Below are positions 13,400 through 23,898 of a stretch of 64,000 bases of DNA, piece by piece. The stretch's first letter is position 1. Each line of letters starts with the position of its first letter. The DNA comes from Octopus vulgaris (lineage: Eukaryota), in contig OX597822.1 of the NCBI GenBank assembly GCA_951406725.2, positions 97,774,001-97,838,000 on the forward strand, read 5' to 3'. A program made the position numbers and the translations under genes. Below the pieces are notes generated by a model, which worked only from the letters and a program-made list of their open reading frames with translations, was not told where the DNA came from and did no database searches.

Positions 13400-14505
13400 G
13401 AAGAAAGAACATTTGTATACAGAACTTACGCCACAGCAACAAGGAAAATTGAATTGGTGTCGGAAGCACAGGTGGAAAAGGCGCTGAGGTTAGTTTGGCT
13501 GGAGATAGCATGCCTTGCCAGAAGACGAAAATACGGAACGGTGGAGGTGCAGTTTAGGGAGATAGCAACCGCCAGACTGTACTCGGCAACACCGATGAAG
13601 ACAGAGGACGTGGTACTTCTACCCGTGTACCTTGGGAGACATACTTCCAAGGTTCGGGTGGAAGACATACCGCCAGAAGTGAATGCAGCCTGGCTGGTGG
13701 CTGCCACACTGCTGGGCATGGAAAAGAAGTGGTGGTCCTGCAGGCCACCAGAACGCCCCACAAGCACTGGAAAGGACAAATCCTTGAAATGGTGGTACAG
13801 GAGGCGGAGGAGGACTTGGAAAAAAATGGTTGAAAGTCTCACAGTGGGAGAGTCGACGTTAAAGATCAGAGTGGAAGGGAGGATTCCGCAATGTTATAAA
13901 TGCGACCTGAAAAGCCACATCAGAGTGGAATGTCCTCCACCACTAGAAAAGGACAAGGAGAGACAGGAGGGAAAAGTGGTTGGTGTAACAATGTCTGTGG
14001 AGGAAGAAATAGGTGAGGTGGAACCACTGAAGAATATAAGCACCAGTGTCAAGGAGGAAGAATCAAATACCAGTTGGGAAATGGTGGAGAAAAAGAGCAG
14101 GAAGAGGAGGAAAAAGACACTCAAGGTAAAAGATGACCCCGAACCCACACCCACTCTACCCCATCCATTCCCTACAGACACCAGCCTTCTCTATACCATA
14201 TCTAACATAAAAACAAGCATAAATACACAGGAGCCTCAAAATTCCCCACCCTCTCCTTTGGAAAAATATGTCATAATGTACAGTGGAGAAAATGATGAAG
14301 TATACAAAGAAATAGACTCGTAGGAAAATATCATAAAAATAGAGTGCCTGAAGAAAATAGACAAAGCTATGGAAAATAGAAGTTATGTTGCAGCGAGGGA
14401 AGAAAAGTACGAAGACATAAGGCTGGAAGATGTAAGCAAGTATAAGGGAATGCTGAAAAGGGACGGGAACGAAGTGAAGGTGTTCCCCACTGAAGAAGGA
14501 ACACC
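13400..14505 (+). mobile_element. LINE ORF1-like (gag-like CCHC zinc knuckle) relic
   Basis: ORF 13454-14323 contains CYKCDLKSHIRVEC (CX2CX4HX4C), preceded by KVRVEDIPPEV and followed by WEMVEKKSRKRR, typical of Tx1/L1-type ORF1. Confidence 0.7.
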
Positions 14506-14654
14506 TTGGCGCGTGTGTGTATGTGTGTGCATGTGTGTGCGTGTCTTTGTTTCGGTGTTTGTCTCCCACTATCGCTTGATAATCGGTGTTGGTGTGTTTA
14601 TGTCCTCGTAACTCGGCGGCTCCGCAAAAGAGATCGATAAGTACCAAAGAAGTC

Positions 14655-15647
14655 TTAAAGAAAACAGCGGAGAGAACGGCAGTTTATAGGACGTACTTGG
14701 TGGCAGCGGGGAAAAACTGAGAATATGTCTACGGTACAGATAGAAAAGGCGTTAAGACAGTCTGGCAAGGGATTTTGTACATTTCCAGAGGTAAAAAATT
14801 TGGAACGATAGAGGTGCAATTCGAAAAGGTAGCTACCGCCAGGCTGCACTCGGCAACACCGCTGAACACGAATATCCTCCACCACTAGAAAAGGACAAGG
14901 AGAGACAAAAGGAAAAAGTGAGAAGACAGGCACCAGCGTCGAGGAGGGATAAACAAATACCTATTTCTTTACTACCCACAAGGGGCTAAACACAGAGAGG
15001 ACAAAGGACAAACGGATTAAGTCGATTATATCGACCTCAGTGCGTAACTGGTACTTATTTAATCGACCCTGAAAGGATGAAAGGCAAAGTCGACCTCGGC
15101 GGAATTTGAACTCAGAACGTAGCGGCAGACGAAATACTGCTAAGCATTTCGCCCAGCGTGCTAACGTTTCTGCCAGCTCGCCGCCTTATAAACAAATACC
15201 AGCTAGGAAATGGTGGAGAAAAAGAGCAGGACAAGGAGGAAGAGGACACAGTGGCAAAGGATGACCCCCCCAACCCACACCCACTCGGCGTCACCCACAC
15301 CCACACCCACTCTACCCCAACCACTCCCTACAGACACCAACCCACTCCATGCTCCAACCGACACTTCATGCCCCAACCGACACAAGATAAACATACGAAC
15401 ACAGGAGCTACCCCTATTTGCTCTGGGAGAGCAGAATGGAGGAAATGCAGAATGGAGGAAACGAGGAACTGAGCAAAGAAATAAAGAAATGGCATACGGC
15501 AATTAAAGTGGATACGACAGGAGTGGGGGAGTTGCCGGAGCACATGCGATGTACGATGTTGGGTCCGGAGTACTTGGCGAGAGTGAGGAACTATGTGGAA
15601 GATTTTACGTGGTGGGAAAAGAGGATAGGTACAAGTACTATGCCAGA

Positions 15648-15650
<3 letters not shown>
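14655..15650 (+). mobile_element. Second, internally deleted copy of the ORF1-like unit
   Basis: Shares GAAAAGGCG.T.AG, TCCTCCACCACTAGAAAAGGACAAGGAGAGACA and GAAATGGTGGAGAAAAAGAGCAGGA with 13400-14505. Confidence 0.7.
14962..15187 (-). mobile_element. SINE family C
   Basis: Full copy; 13-bp TSD ATAAACAAATACC. Confidence 0.92.
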
Positions 15651-15710
<60 letters not shown>

Positions 15711-15714
<4 letters not shown>

Positions 15715-16030
15715 TGGTTAGAGCGTCGAGCTTACGATCGTGAGGTTGTGAGCTCGAATCCTGGACCGGGCTGCGTGTTGTGTTCTTGAGCAAGACACTT
15801 TATTTCACGTTGCTCCAGTTCACTCAGCTGTAGAAATGAGTTGCGACGTCACAGGTGCCAAGCTGTATCGGCCCTTGCCTTTCCCTTGGACAACATCGGT
15901 GACGTGGAGAGGGGAGGCCGGTATGCATGGGCGACTGCTGGTCTTCCATAAAACAACCTTGCCCAGACTTGTGCCTTAGAGGGTAACTCTCTAGGTGCAA
16001 ACTCATGGTCATTCATGACCGAAGGGGGTC
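15711..16030 (+). mobile_element. SINE family D (tRNA head, GTGTTCTTGAGCAAGACAC core)
   Basis: A box CAGTGGTTAG, B box GCTCGAATCC, CORE/V-like central motif; flanked by (TA)n and (TATG)n. Confidence 0.75.
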
Positions 16031-16038
16031 ACCAAATA

Positions 16039-16045
<7 letters not shown>

Positions 16046-16074
<29 letters not shown>

Positions 16075-16170
16075 TGTATGTATGTATGTATGTATGTATG
16101 TATGTATGTATGTATGTATGTATGTATGTATGTATGTATGTATGTATGTATGTATGTATGTATGTATGTA
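16046..16170. repeat. (TATG)n microsatellite
   Basis: Direct reading. Confidence 0.95.
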
Positions 16171-16539
16171 TACTTTATTAAATCTCTGAGTGAGATATGA
16201 ACAGTAGCAATACGGAATCGTAATATATAATTCCCAGCCAAGCGTGGCATCCTATACGGGAGAGTGCTACTGGCGTTTATAGCCCCTGGAAGACATTTCT
16301 ACTGTGTCCGATTAGTAGTTGCGAGGGGAGGTCATCGCTCCCATCCCTAGCCTTACCTGATACACTCGAGTTTCTGGGTAGTTACCCGTCCTCACCATGT
16401 GTTACTCACCCACTAGTGATGAAAATTCCTCCCACTCGCAAAATACTATACACTTTTTCCAGTGACGGACCGTCGTTGATCTAGAAAAGGGAGAAATAAG
16501 CTATATTAAATCGCTGAGCGAGACGTAAACAGTGTGGCG

Positions 16540-16926
16540 TGGAAGCACTCCGTCGGTTACGACGATGAGGGTTCCGGTTGATCCGATCAACGGAACAGCC
16601 TGCTCGTGAAATTAACGTGTAAGTGGCTGAGCACTCCACAGACACGTGCACCCTTAACGTAGTTCTCGGGGATATTCAGCGTGACACAGAGAGTGACAAG
16701 GCCGGCCCCTTGAAATACAGGTACAACAGAAACAGGAAGTAAGAGTGAGAAAAAGTTGTGGTGAAAGAGTACAGCAGGGATCACCACCATCCCTTGCCAG
16801 AGCCTCGTGGAGTTTTTTTAGGTGTTTTCGCTCAATAAACACTCACAACGTCCGGTCTGGGAATCGAAACCGCGATCCTATGACCGCGAGTCTGCTTCCC
16901 TAACCACTGGGCCATTGCGCCTCCAC
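16540..16926 (-). mobile_element. SINE family B
   Basis: Full copy; TSD ACGTAAACAGT. Confidence 0.92.
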
Positions 16927-16999
16927 TACGTAAACAGTAGCAATACAGAATCGTAACATATAATTGCCAGCGACACCCCCTCCCACACACATTTACGTA

Positions 17000-17225
17000 T
17001 CTGTGTCTTTGAGCCTGTGTTTGTTGTCCCACCATTGCTTGACAAACGATGCTGGTGTGTTTACGTCCCCGTAACACAGCGGTTCAGCAAAAGTGGACTA
17101 TAGAATAAGTAAGTACAAGCTTGCAAACAATAAGTTCTGGGGTCGGTTTCTTCGACTAAAAAACCCTTTAACGCGGTGCTTCAACATGATCGCAGTCAAA
17201 TGACTGAAACATGTAAAAGAATGAA
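17000..17225 (+). mobile_element. Diverged 3' half of SINE family A
   Basis: CATTGCTTGACAAACGATGCTGG...CAGTCAAATGACTGAAAC. Confidence 0.75.
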
Positions 17226-17406
17226 AAAATAAATACCAAAGATAGAATAAAAAAAATTTCCTTTGTTCTACTGTTTGATGGTCAGTTACGTGGAACCCTA
17301 AGTAACAGTGTGAGAAGTCCTTTTAGCTTCAGTAGTTATACATACATAACCACAAACACACAACCATATTTTTAATGCATAAATGCACACATGCACACAT
17401 ACACAT

Positions 17407-17460
<54 letters not shown>

Positions 17461-17463
<3 letters not shown>

Positions 17464-17775
17464 GTCAGTAGCTTGCTAACCAACCACATGGTCCCGGGTT
17501 CAGTCCCATTGCGTGGCATCTTGGGCAAAGTGTCTTCTGCTATAGCCTCGGGCCGACCAAAGCCTTGTGAGTGGATTTGGTAGACGGAAACTGAAAGAAG
17601 CCTGTCGTATATATGTATATATGTATGTATGTGTGTGTATATGTTTGTGTGTCTGTGTTTGTCCCTCTAGCATTGCTTGACAACCGATGCTGGTGTGTTT
17701 ACGTCCCCGTCACTTAGCGGTGCTCCAGCATGGCCGCAGTCAAATGACTGAAACAAGTAAAAGAGTATAAAGAGT
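17461..17775 (+). mobile_element. SINE family A with an internal deletion
   Basis: CTTAGCGGT is joined directly to GCTCCAGCATGG, deleting sequence between GCGGT microhomologies. Confidence 0.88.
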
Positions 17776-18030
17776 ATATATATATGTGTGTGTGAATATA
17801 AACATCCACACATATCCACACTTATATACATATAAATGCACACATACACACACATACACATGTGTATACACACATATATATATATAATAGACAGATAGTT
17901 AAGGTATGTAGAGATACGTGGTGCACTCACGTGCGTCACTACGTCAGATTCTTGTAACCCATCCTCACAATCACCGAATCTATACAGGAAATCGAGTGCC
18001 GTCTATTTTAATCATAAATATATCCATATA

Positions 18031-18452
18031 TATTTCTCTATTGCCCACAAGGGGCTAAACATAGAGAGGACAAACAAGGACAAACAAACGTATTAAGTCG
18101 ATTACATCGACCCCAGTGCGAAACTGGTACTTTTATTTATCGACACCGAAAGGATGAAAGGCAAAGTCGACCTCGGTGGAATTTGAACTCAGAACGTAAC
18201 AACAGACGAAATACCTATTTCTTTATTACCCACAAGGGGCTAAACGCAGAGGGGACAAACAAGGACAGACATAGGTATTAAGTCGATTACATCGACCCCA
18301 GTGCGAAACTGGTACTTTTATTTATCGACCCCCGAAAGAATGAAAATCAAAAAGTCGACCTCGGCGGAATTTGAACTCAGAACGTAACGACAAACGAAAT
18401 ACCGCTAAGCATTCCGCCCGGCGCGCTAACGTGTCTGCCAGCTCGCCGCCTT
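18031..18452 (-). mobile_element. SINE family C dimer (full plus partial unit)
   Basis: Two tails; a single 16-bp TSD TAAATATATCCATATA flanks the pair. Confidence 0.88.
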
Positions 18453-18756
18453 TCGTAAATATATCCATATAGCCACACAGTTCCTCTATGCAACCTACAC
18501 ACATATTCCAGCTCACCGTTGTTTCCGTTGCCACTCACGCTACAAGTCTCCTTCCTCTTCCGCGCTTGTCTCCTTCCTCTTGCGGTCATTTCAGCATGCG
18601 GTCATTGTCTTACTAAAGCACGTCTGTTCTTTTCTTTCTCTCTTTTGTCTCTCTTCGTCTATTCTTTCTGAAGAAGAATTATTGCTGAGCGCAAAACTAA
18701 CATTCTAAGCTTGTTTTTTTTTTACATCGTGTTCGTGTTTTTTTATTATTATACTG

Positions 18757-18758
18757 TA

Positions 18759-18835
<77 letters not shown>

Positions 18836-18848
18836 GTCTGTCTGTCTA

Positions 18849-18925
<77 letters not shown>

Positions 18926-18980
18926 GTCTGTCTATGTATCTATGTATCTATGTATGTATGTATGTATGTATGTATGTATG

Positions 18981-19015
<35 letters not shown>
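18757..19015. repeat. (TATC)n/(TATG)n microsatellite
   Basis: Direct reading. Confidence 0.95.
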
Positions 19016-19016
<1 letters not shown>

Positions 19017-19623
19017 GGCCGAGTCTATCGTGAATATTGCTCCGCCCCCTTCCCTCAACCGGGAAGGCAAGGCAGTTTTCATCGTACTTGTGGCCATGGT
19101 GAAAGAATGTGTGGTGGACCCGAGCGAAAGGATTAGAGACAAACACTTACCTCTCTGGCCAATCGCTCATCAACTTTTTCAAGTACCATTTGAAAAGGAA
19201 GGTGAGAATGGAGAGGGAAGTTTTGTCTCGCGAAAGATTAAAAAAAAGATGGGCGAATGTTGCAAAGATGGTGCGTGCGAGTGACGAAACCATTTTGAGC
19301 ATGACCCTGTAAATCGTAAAAGAGAGAGAGAGAGAGAGAGAAAGCATCTTGCTCTCATGTGGTTATTTCCTCCCTGACTGAGGTTCCCGTGGTCTTTTCT
19401 GTAGGCTTTTCTTCCCGCGGATGAACCCAATCTTGTTTTATCAATGATTTTTTTTAACAAAGTGTTTCTGTGATACACAATTCCTTTTTTTTTCCTTTTC
19501 TCTCGATCCCTTTTGATCGAAATCTTACATTTATTTTCCTTTTTCTTTTCTACCCTCGAAAAGAAAAGCTCTACATTTGTATTTGTCCCCTCTGTATTCA
19601 GCCCTGTGTGACTAATAAAAGAA

Positions 19624-19625
<2 letters not shown>
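19014..19625 (+). mobile_element. 5'-truncated Tx1/L1-clade LINE 3' end, copy 1
   Basis: [32 protein letters not shown] is homologous to copy 2; 3' UTR with (AG)n ends CAGCCCTGTGTGACTAATAAAAGAAA. Confidence 0.82.
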
Positions 19626-19698
<73 letters not shown>

Positions 19699-20551
19699 GC
19701 TGTCAACACCCGCTAAATGGAGGGCTAGGCACGCCGTGGTTGATGATGCGCAGACATGCGCTGAGACTGCAACATCTCCGGCGCTTCATAGACGATGGTG
19801 AATAGGTGTGGTCGCCTTTTGCGCGACGCGCTTTCTCTGCAGCTCATCTCCTTGGCCGAACTACAATCGCGGATCAAACAGAGACCGAGGCTAGGCGAAT
19901 GACACCGCGAGTGTCGCGTTGCTCTCAAGCAACTCTGCCGTCCGGGAACAAATTTGTGCGACTTCATTACAACAAAGGCGTTCTATAGAGGATTAATGGA
20001 GGGGAGGTGCGACGACGTTCTCGGGCAAAATCTGGGCGTCGACGAGAGACACCTGACCCGCCTGTTCAGGAGAACTTTCGAGCCTGGACCTATGGACAAT
20101 CACCAAAGATTTGTGGCCTGGCAGTGCTATCGAGAAGCATTTACCTGTTCGGGATAAGCTCTACAGGCACGGTTCGAGACAGAACTAAACCGACTTGCCC
20201 GAGATGTGGTCAGAGCGACGAAACCGTTCTGCACGCACTCGTGCGGTGTCCATCCATTTCGCCCCTGTGGGCTTATGCCGAACGGCTACTGTCACGTGTG
20301 GGACGAGTCCGTCTGTCGGCCGAGTCTATCGTGATAATTGCACCGCCTCCTTCCCTCAACCGAGAAGGCAAGGCAGCTTTCATCGTACTGGTGGCTTTGG
20401 TGAAAGAATGTGTGTGGTGGACTCGAGCGAAACACTTACCTCTCTGGCCAATCGCTCATCAACTTTTTCAAGTACCACTTGTAAAGGAAGGTGAGAATGG
20501 AGAGGCAGGTTTTGATGACGAAACCACTTTGAGCATTATCCTGTAAATCGC

Positions 20552-20595
<44 letters not shown>

Positions 20596-20893
20596 ACTTT
20601 GCTCTCATGTGTTTTTTTTCCTCCCTGCCTGAGGTTACCATGGTCTTTTCTGTAGGATTTTCTTTCCACGGATGAACCTAATCTTGTTTGTTACTTTGAA
20701 AAAAAAATAACAATTTTTCTTTCTGTGATACACGATCCCTTTTGATCGCTTTTTTTTCTTCCGATCCCTTTTGATCGAAGTTTTACATTTGTTTTCTTTT
20801 TTTCTTCTTTTTCCTTTTCCACCTCCGAAAAGAAAAGCTCTACATTTGTAATTGTCCCCTCTGTGTCCAGCCCTGTGTGGCCAATAAAGAAAG
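19699..20893 (+). mobile_element. 5'-truncated Tx1/L1-clade LINE 3' end, copy 2
   Basis: GGLG motif and C-terminal zinc finger CPRCGQSDETVLHALVRCP; ends CAGCCCTGTGTGGCCAATAAAGAAA. Confidence 0.88.
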
Positions 20894-20943
20894 TTATGTA
20901 TGTATGTATGTATGTATGTATGTATGTATGTATGTATGACTAA

Positions 20944-21327
20944 GAGGCACAATGGCCCAGTGGTTAGGGCAGCGGACTCGCGCTCATAGGATCGCTGTTT
21001 CGATTCCCAGACCGGGCGTTGTGAGTGTTTATTGAGCGAAAACACCTAAAAGCTCCACGAGGCTCCGGCAGGGGGATGGTGGTGATCCCTGCTGTACTCT
21101 TTCACCACAACTTTCTCTCTCTCTTACTCCCTCTTTCTGTTGTACCTGTATTTCAAAGGGGCCGGCCTTGTCGCTCTCTGTGTCACGCTGAATATCCCCG
21201 AGAACTACGTTAAGGCTACACGTGTCTGTGGAGTGCTCAGCCACTTACACGTTAATTTCACGAGCAGGCTGTTCCGTTGATTCGGATCAACCGGAACCCT
21301 CGTCGTCGTAACCGACGGAGTGCTTCC
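20944..21327 (+). mobile_element. SINE family B
   Basis: Full copy; TSD ATGTATGACT. Confidence 0.92.
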
Positions 21328-21560
21328 ATGTATGACTGCAAAGGTGGCATATATAAAATGTTTGTATATGTGTAAGCGTGGCCGAGGGGTAAGATGTTTG
21401 CTTCCCAACCATATGGTTCCTCATTCAGTTCCCTGGGTGCACCTTAAGCAAATGCATTCTATTTCAGCCCCGGGCCACCCAAAGCCTTCTGAGCGGATTT
21501 GGAAGAGAGCAACAGAAAGATGCCTGTCGTACACACACACACACACGCGCGCGCGCACAC

Positions 21561-21602
<42 letters not shown>

Positions 21603-21764
21603 ACACAGAGAAACCTGAAGATTTCATGAAGGCACCTGACGCATTATAAAATGATGCCTGTGTTGTTTTCATCGCATGAAAATAGAAGCTCATAAAGTAT
21701 ATATTGCTTTCTCTAAACTATATATATATGCGTAAGTGCATACATTTATCAGTACCCGTACATA

Positions 21765-22163
21765 GGCGCAGGAGTGGCTGTGTGGTAAGTAGCTTGCTTA
21801 CCAACCACATGGTTCCGGGTTCAGTCCCACTGCGTGGCACCTTGGGGAAGTCTCTTCTACTATAGCCTCGGGCCGACCAATGCCTTGTGAGTGGATTTGG
21901 TAGACGGAAACTGAAAAGAAGTCTGTCGTATATATATATATATATATGTGTATGTGTGTCTGTGTTTGTCCCCCTAGCATTGCTTGACAACCGATGCTGG
22001 TGTGTTTATGTCCCCGTTACTTAGCGGTTCGGCAAAAGAGACCGATAGAATAAGTACTGGGCTTACAAAAAGAATAAGTCCCGGGGTCGATTTGCTCGAT
22101 TAAAGGCGGTGCTCCAGCATGGCTGCAGTCAAAATGACTGAAACAAGTAAAAGAGTAAAAGAG
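21765..22163 (+). mobile_element. SINE family A, full length
   Basis: Near-identical to 3988-4415. Confidence 0.92.
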
Positions 22164-22629
22164 TATACGCATCAGTGCATGTACGTATATATACATAAAT
22201 GTATGTGTATAATGCGTATGTGTGTGTGTTCATGTATGTGTCTTTGTGTATATGTATGGGGTAGAAAGGGCTCTTTAGCCGTAGTGAAGGCAATCTGTCT
22301 AGGGAGATAACCTTACAATAAATTACTGGGTCCGTAGCTTAGAAATACTGGGTTGACGTCCAGCGGGAACAGCTTTGTTTCATGGAGGAGGAAAGATCTT
22401 CTTTAGTACTTGGTTGTACAATGCTTTCCAATGTGTGTAGTAGTGGCGCGCGCACACATTATTAGCCATTTGAAAAGACTATGAAAGTCTCGACCACGGT
22501 CGAACAATGATGATGATGATATGTATGTACATTTGTAAATCAATGTAGATACCTATGAATGTGTGTAGTATATATATTTCTGTGTGAATATATATTTGTG
22601 TATGTACGTGCAGATGAATGTATCATATA

Positions 22630-23815
22630 CTGGGTTGGCAACTAAGTTCCCGCCGTGTTTTAAAAGTTTGGAATTTATTTTTTTCAAGAATTCTATTTTT
22701 GAATATTTTTTTTTCTAGTTAATTTTAGTTAATTTTTGTTTATTTTCAGATCATTAAAATGGAATGTCAAGTTAAGAAAAACGTGCATTTTCGACGCCTC
22801 CTTCTTTTTGCTTTTAACCAAAGTTCTAAGGCTGCAAAAGCTGTTCATGACATTTGTGCTGTGTATGGAGAAGGTGCCATAGCTGAAAGAAGCGCTCGTG
22901 ATTGGTATGCTAAGTTCAAAAATGGAAATTTTGACCTCAAAGACGCACCTCGTTCTGGCCGTCCAGTTGAGTTCGATGAGGAGCAATTAAACCAACTTTT
23001 GCACGAAAATTCTCGTCAAACGACAAGGGAACTGGCAGAGAAAATGGAATGCTACTACACTGCTATAGAGAAGCATCTTCACTAGAAGGTTCAGAAGCAT
23101 AGTGCATGGGTTTCGTATGCTTTAAGTGACAACAAAACCAACGAGCCACAATCTCCGCTGGTTTGCTTGCTGAACTCGTTGTTGGCGACGAAAAACGGTG
23201 CCTGTACATCAATATGGCTTAGCCCCGGTAAACAAGCGACACCATTTGTGAGACAAGATCTTCATCCGCGTAAGACGATGTTGTGCGTATGGTGGGACTG
23301 AGAAAGGATTATCCATTACGAATTGCTGGAACGGAACGAAACGGTTAACGCGGAACTCTATGTTCAACAGATGGAACGACTCAACATGGCTATTTAAGAG
23401 AAAAGACCTAATCGGTAGCATGGAGTTCTTTTGCTGCACGACAACGCCCGCCCTCATATACCTCCAATATGACCAAGGAAGCCATTCAAACGCATGGCTG
23501 GGAAGTGCTGCCACACCCACCGTACTCTCCTGATTTGGCACCAACGGATTTCCACCTCTTTCGATCTCTTTCAAATGCTATGCACTGAGTTTCGTTCAAT
23601 ACCGATGCAGAACTGACAGCTTAGTTGGATCAATTTTTTGAGTCGAAATCAGATGATTTCTACCAACGAGGTATTGAAAATCTTGTTGAACGTTGGGAAG
23701 AAGTAAAGAACAAAGGTGAATACATTATTGATTAATTAGTTGTTATTTTTTAATTAAACCTTTTAAAAAATTTAAATTGAAAATACAAACGACGGGAACT
23801 TAGCTGCCAACCCAA
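22630..23815 (+). mobile_element. Mariner transposon with both TIRs and a pseudogenised transposase
   Basis: TA-flanked TIRs TGGGTTGGCAACTAAGTTCCCG / CGGGAACTTAGCTGCCAACCCA; transposase from 22759 (DAPRSGRP, GDEK, LLHDNARPH, HPPYSPDLAPTDFHLF) with stops. Confidence 0.95.
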
Positions 23816-23844
23816 TAGATTATGTATTTATAGTTGTATGCATG

Positions 23845-23895
<51 letters not shown>

Positions 23896-23898
<3 letters not shown>

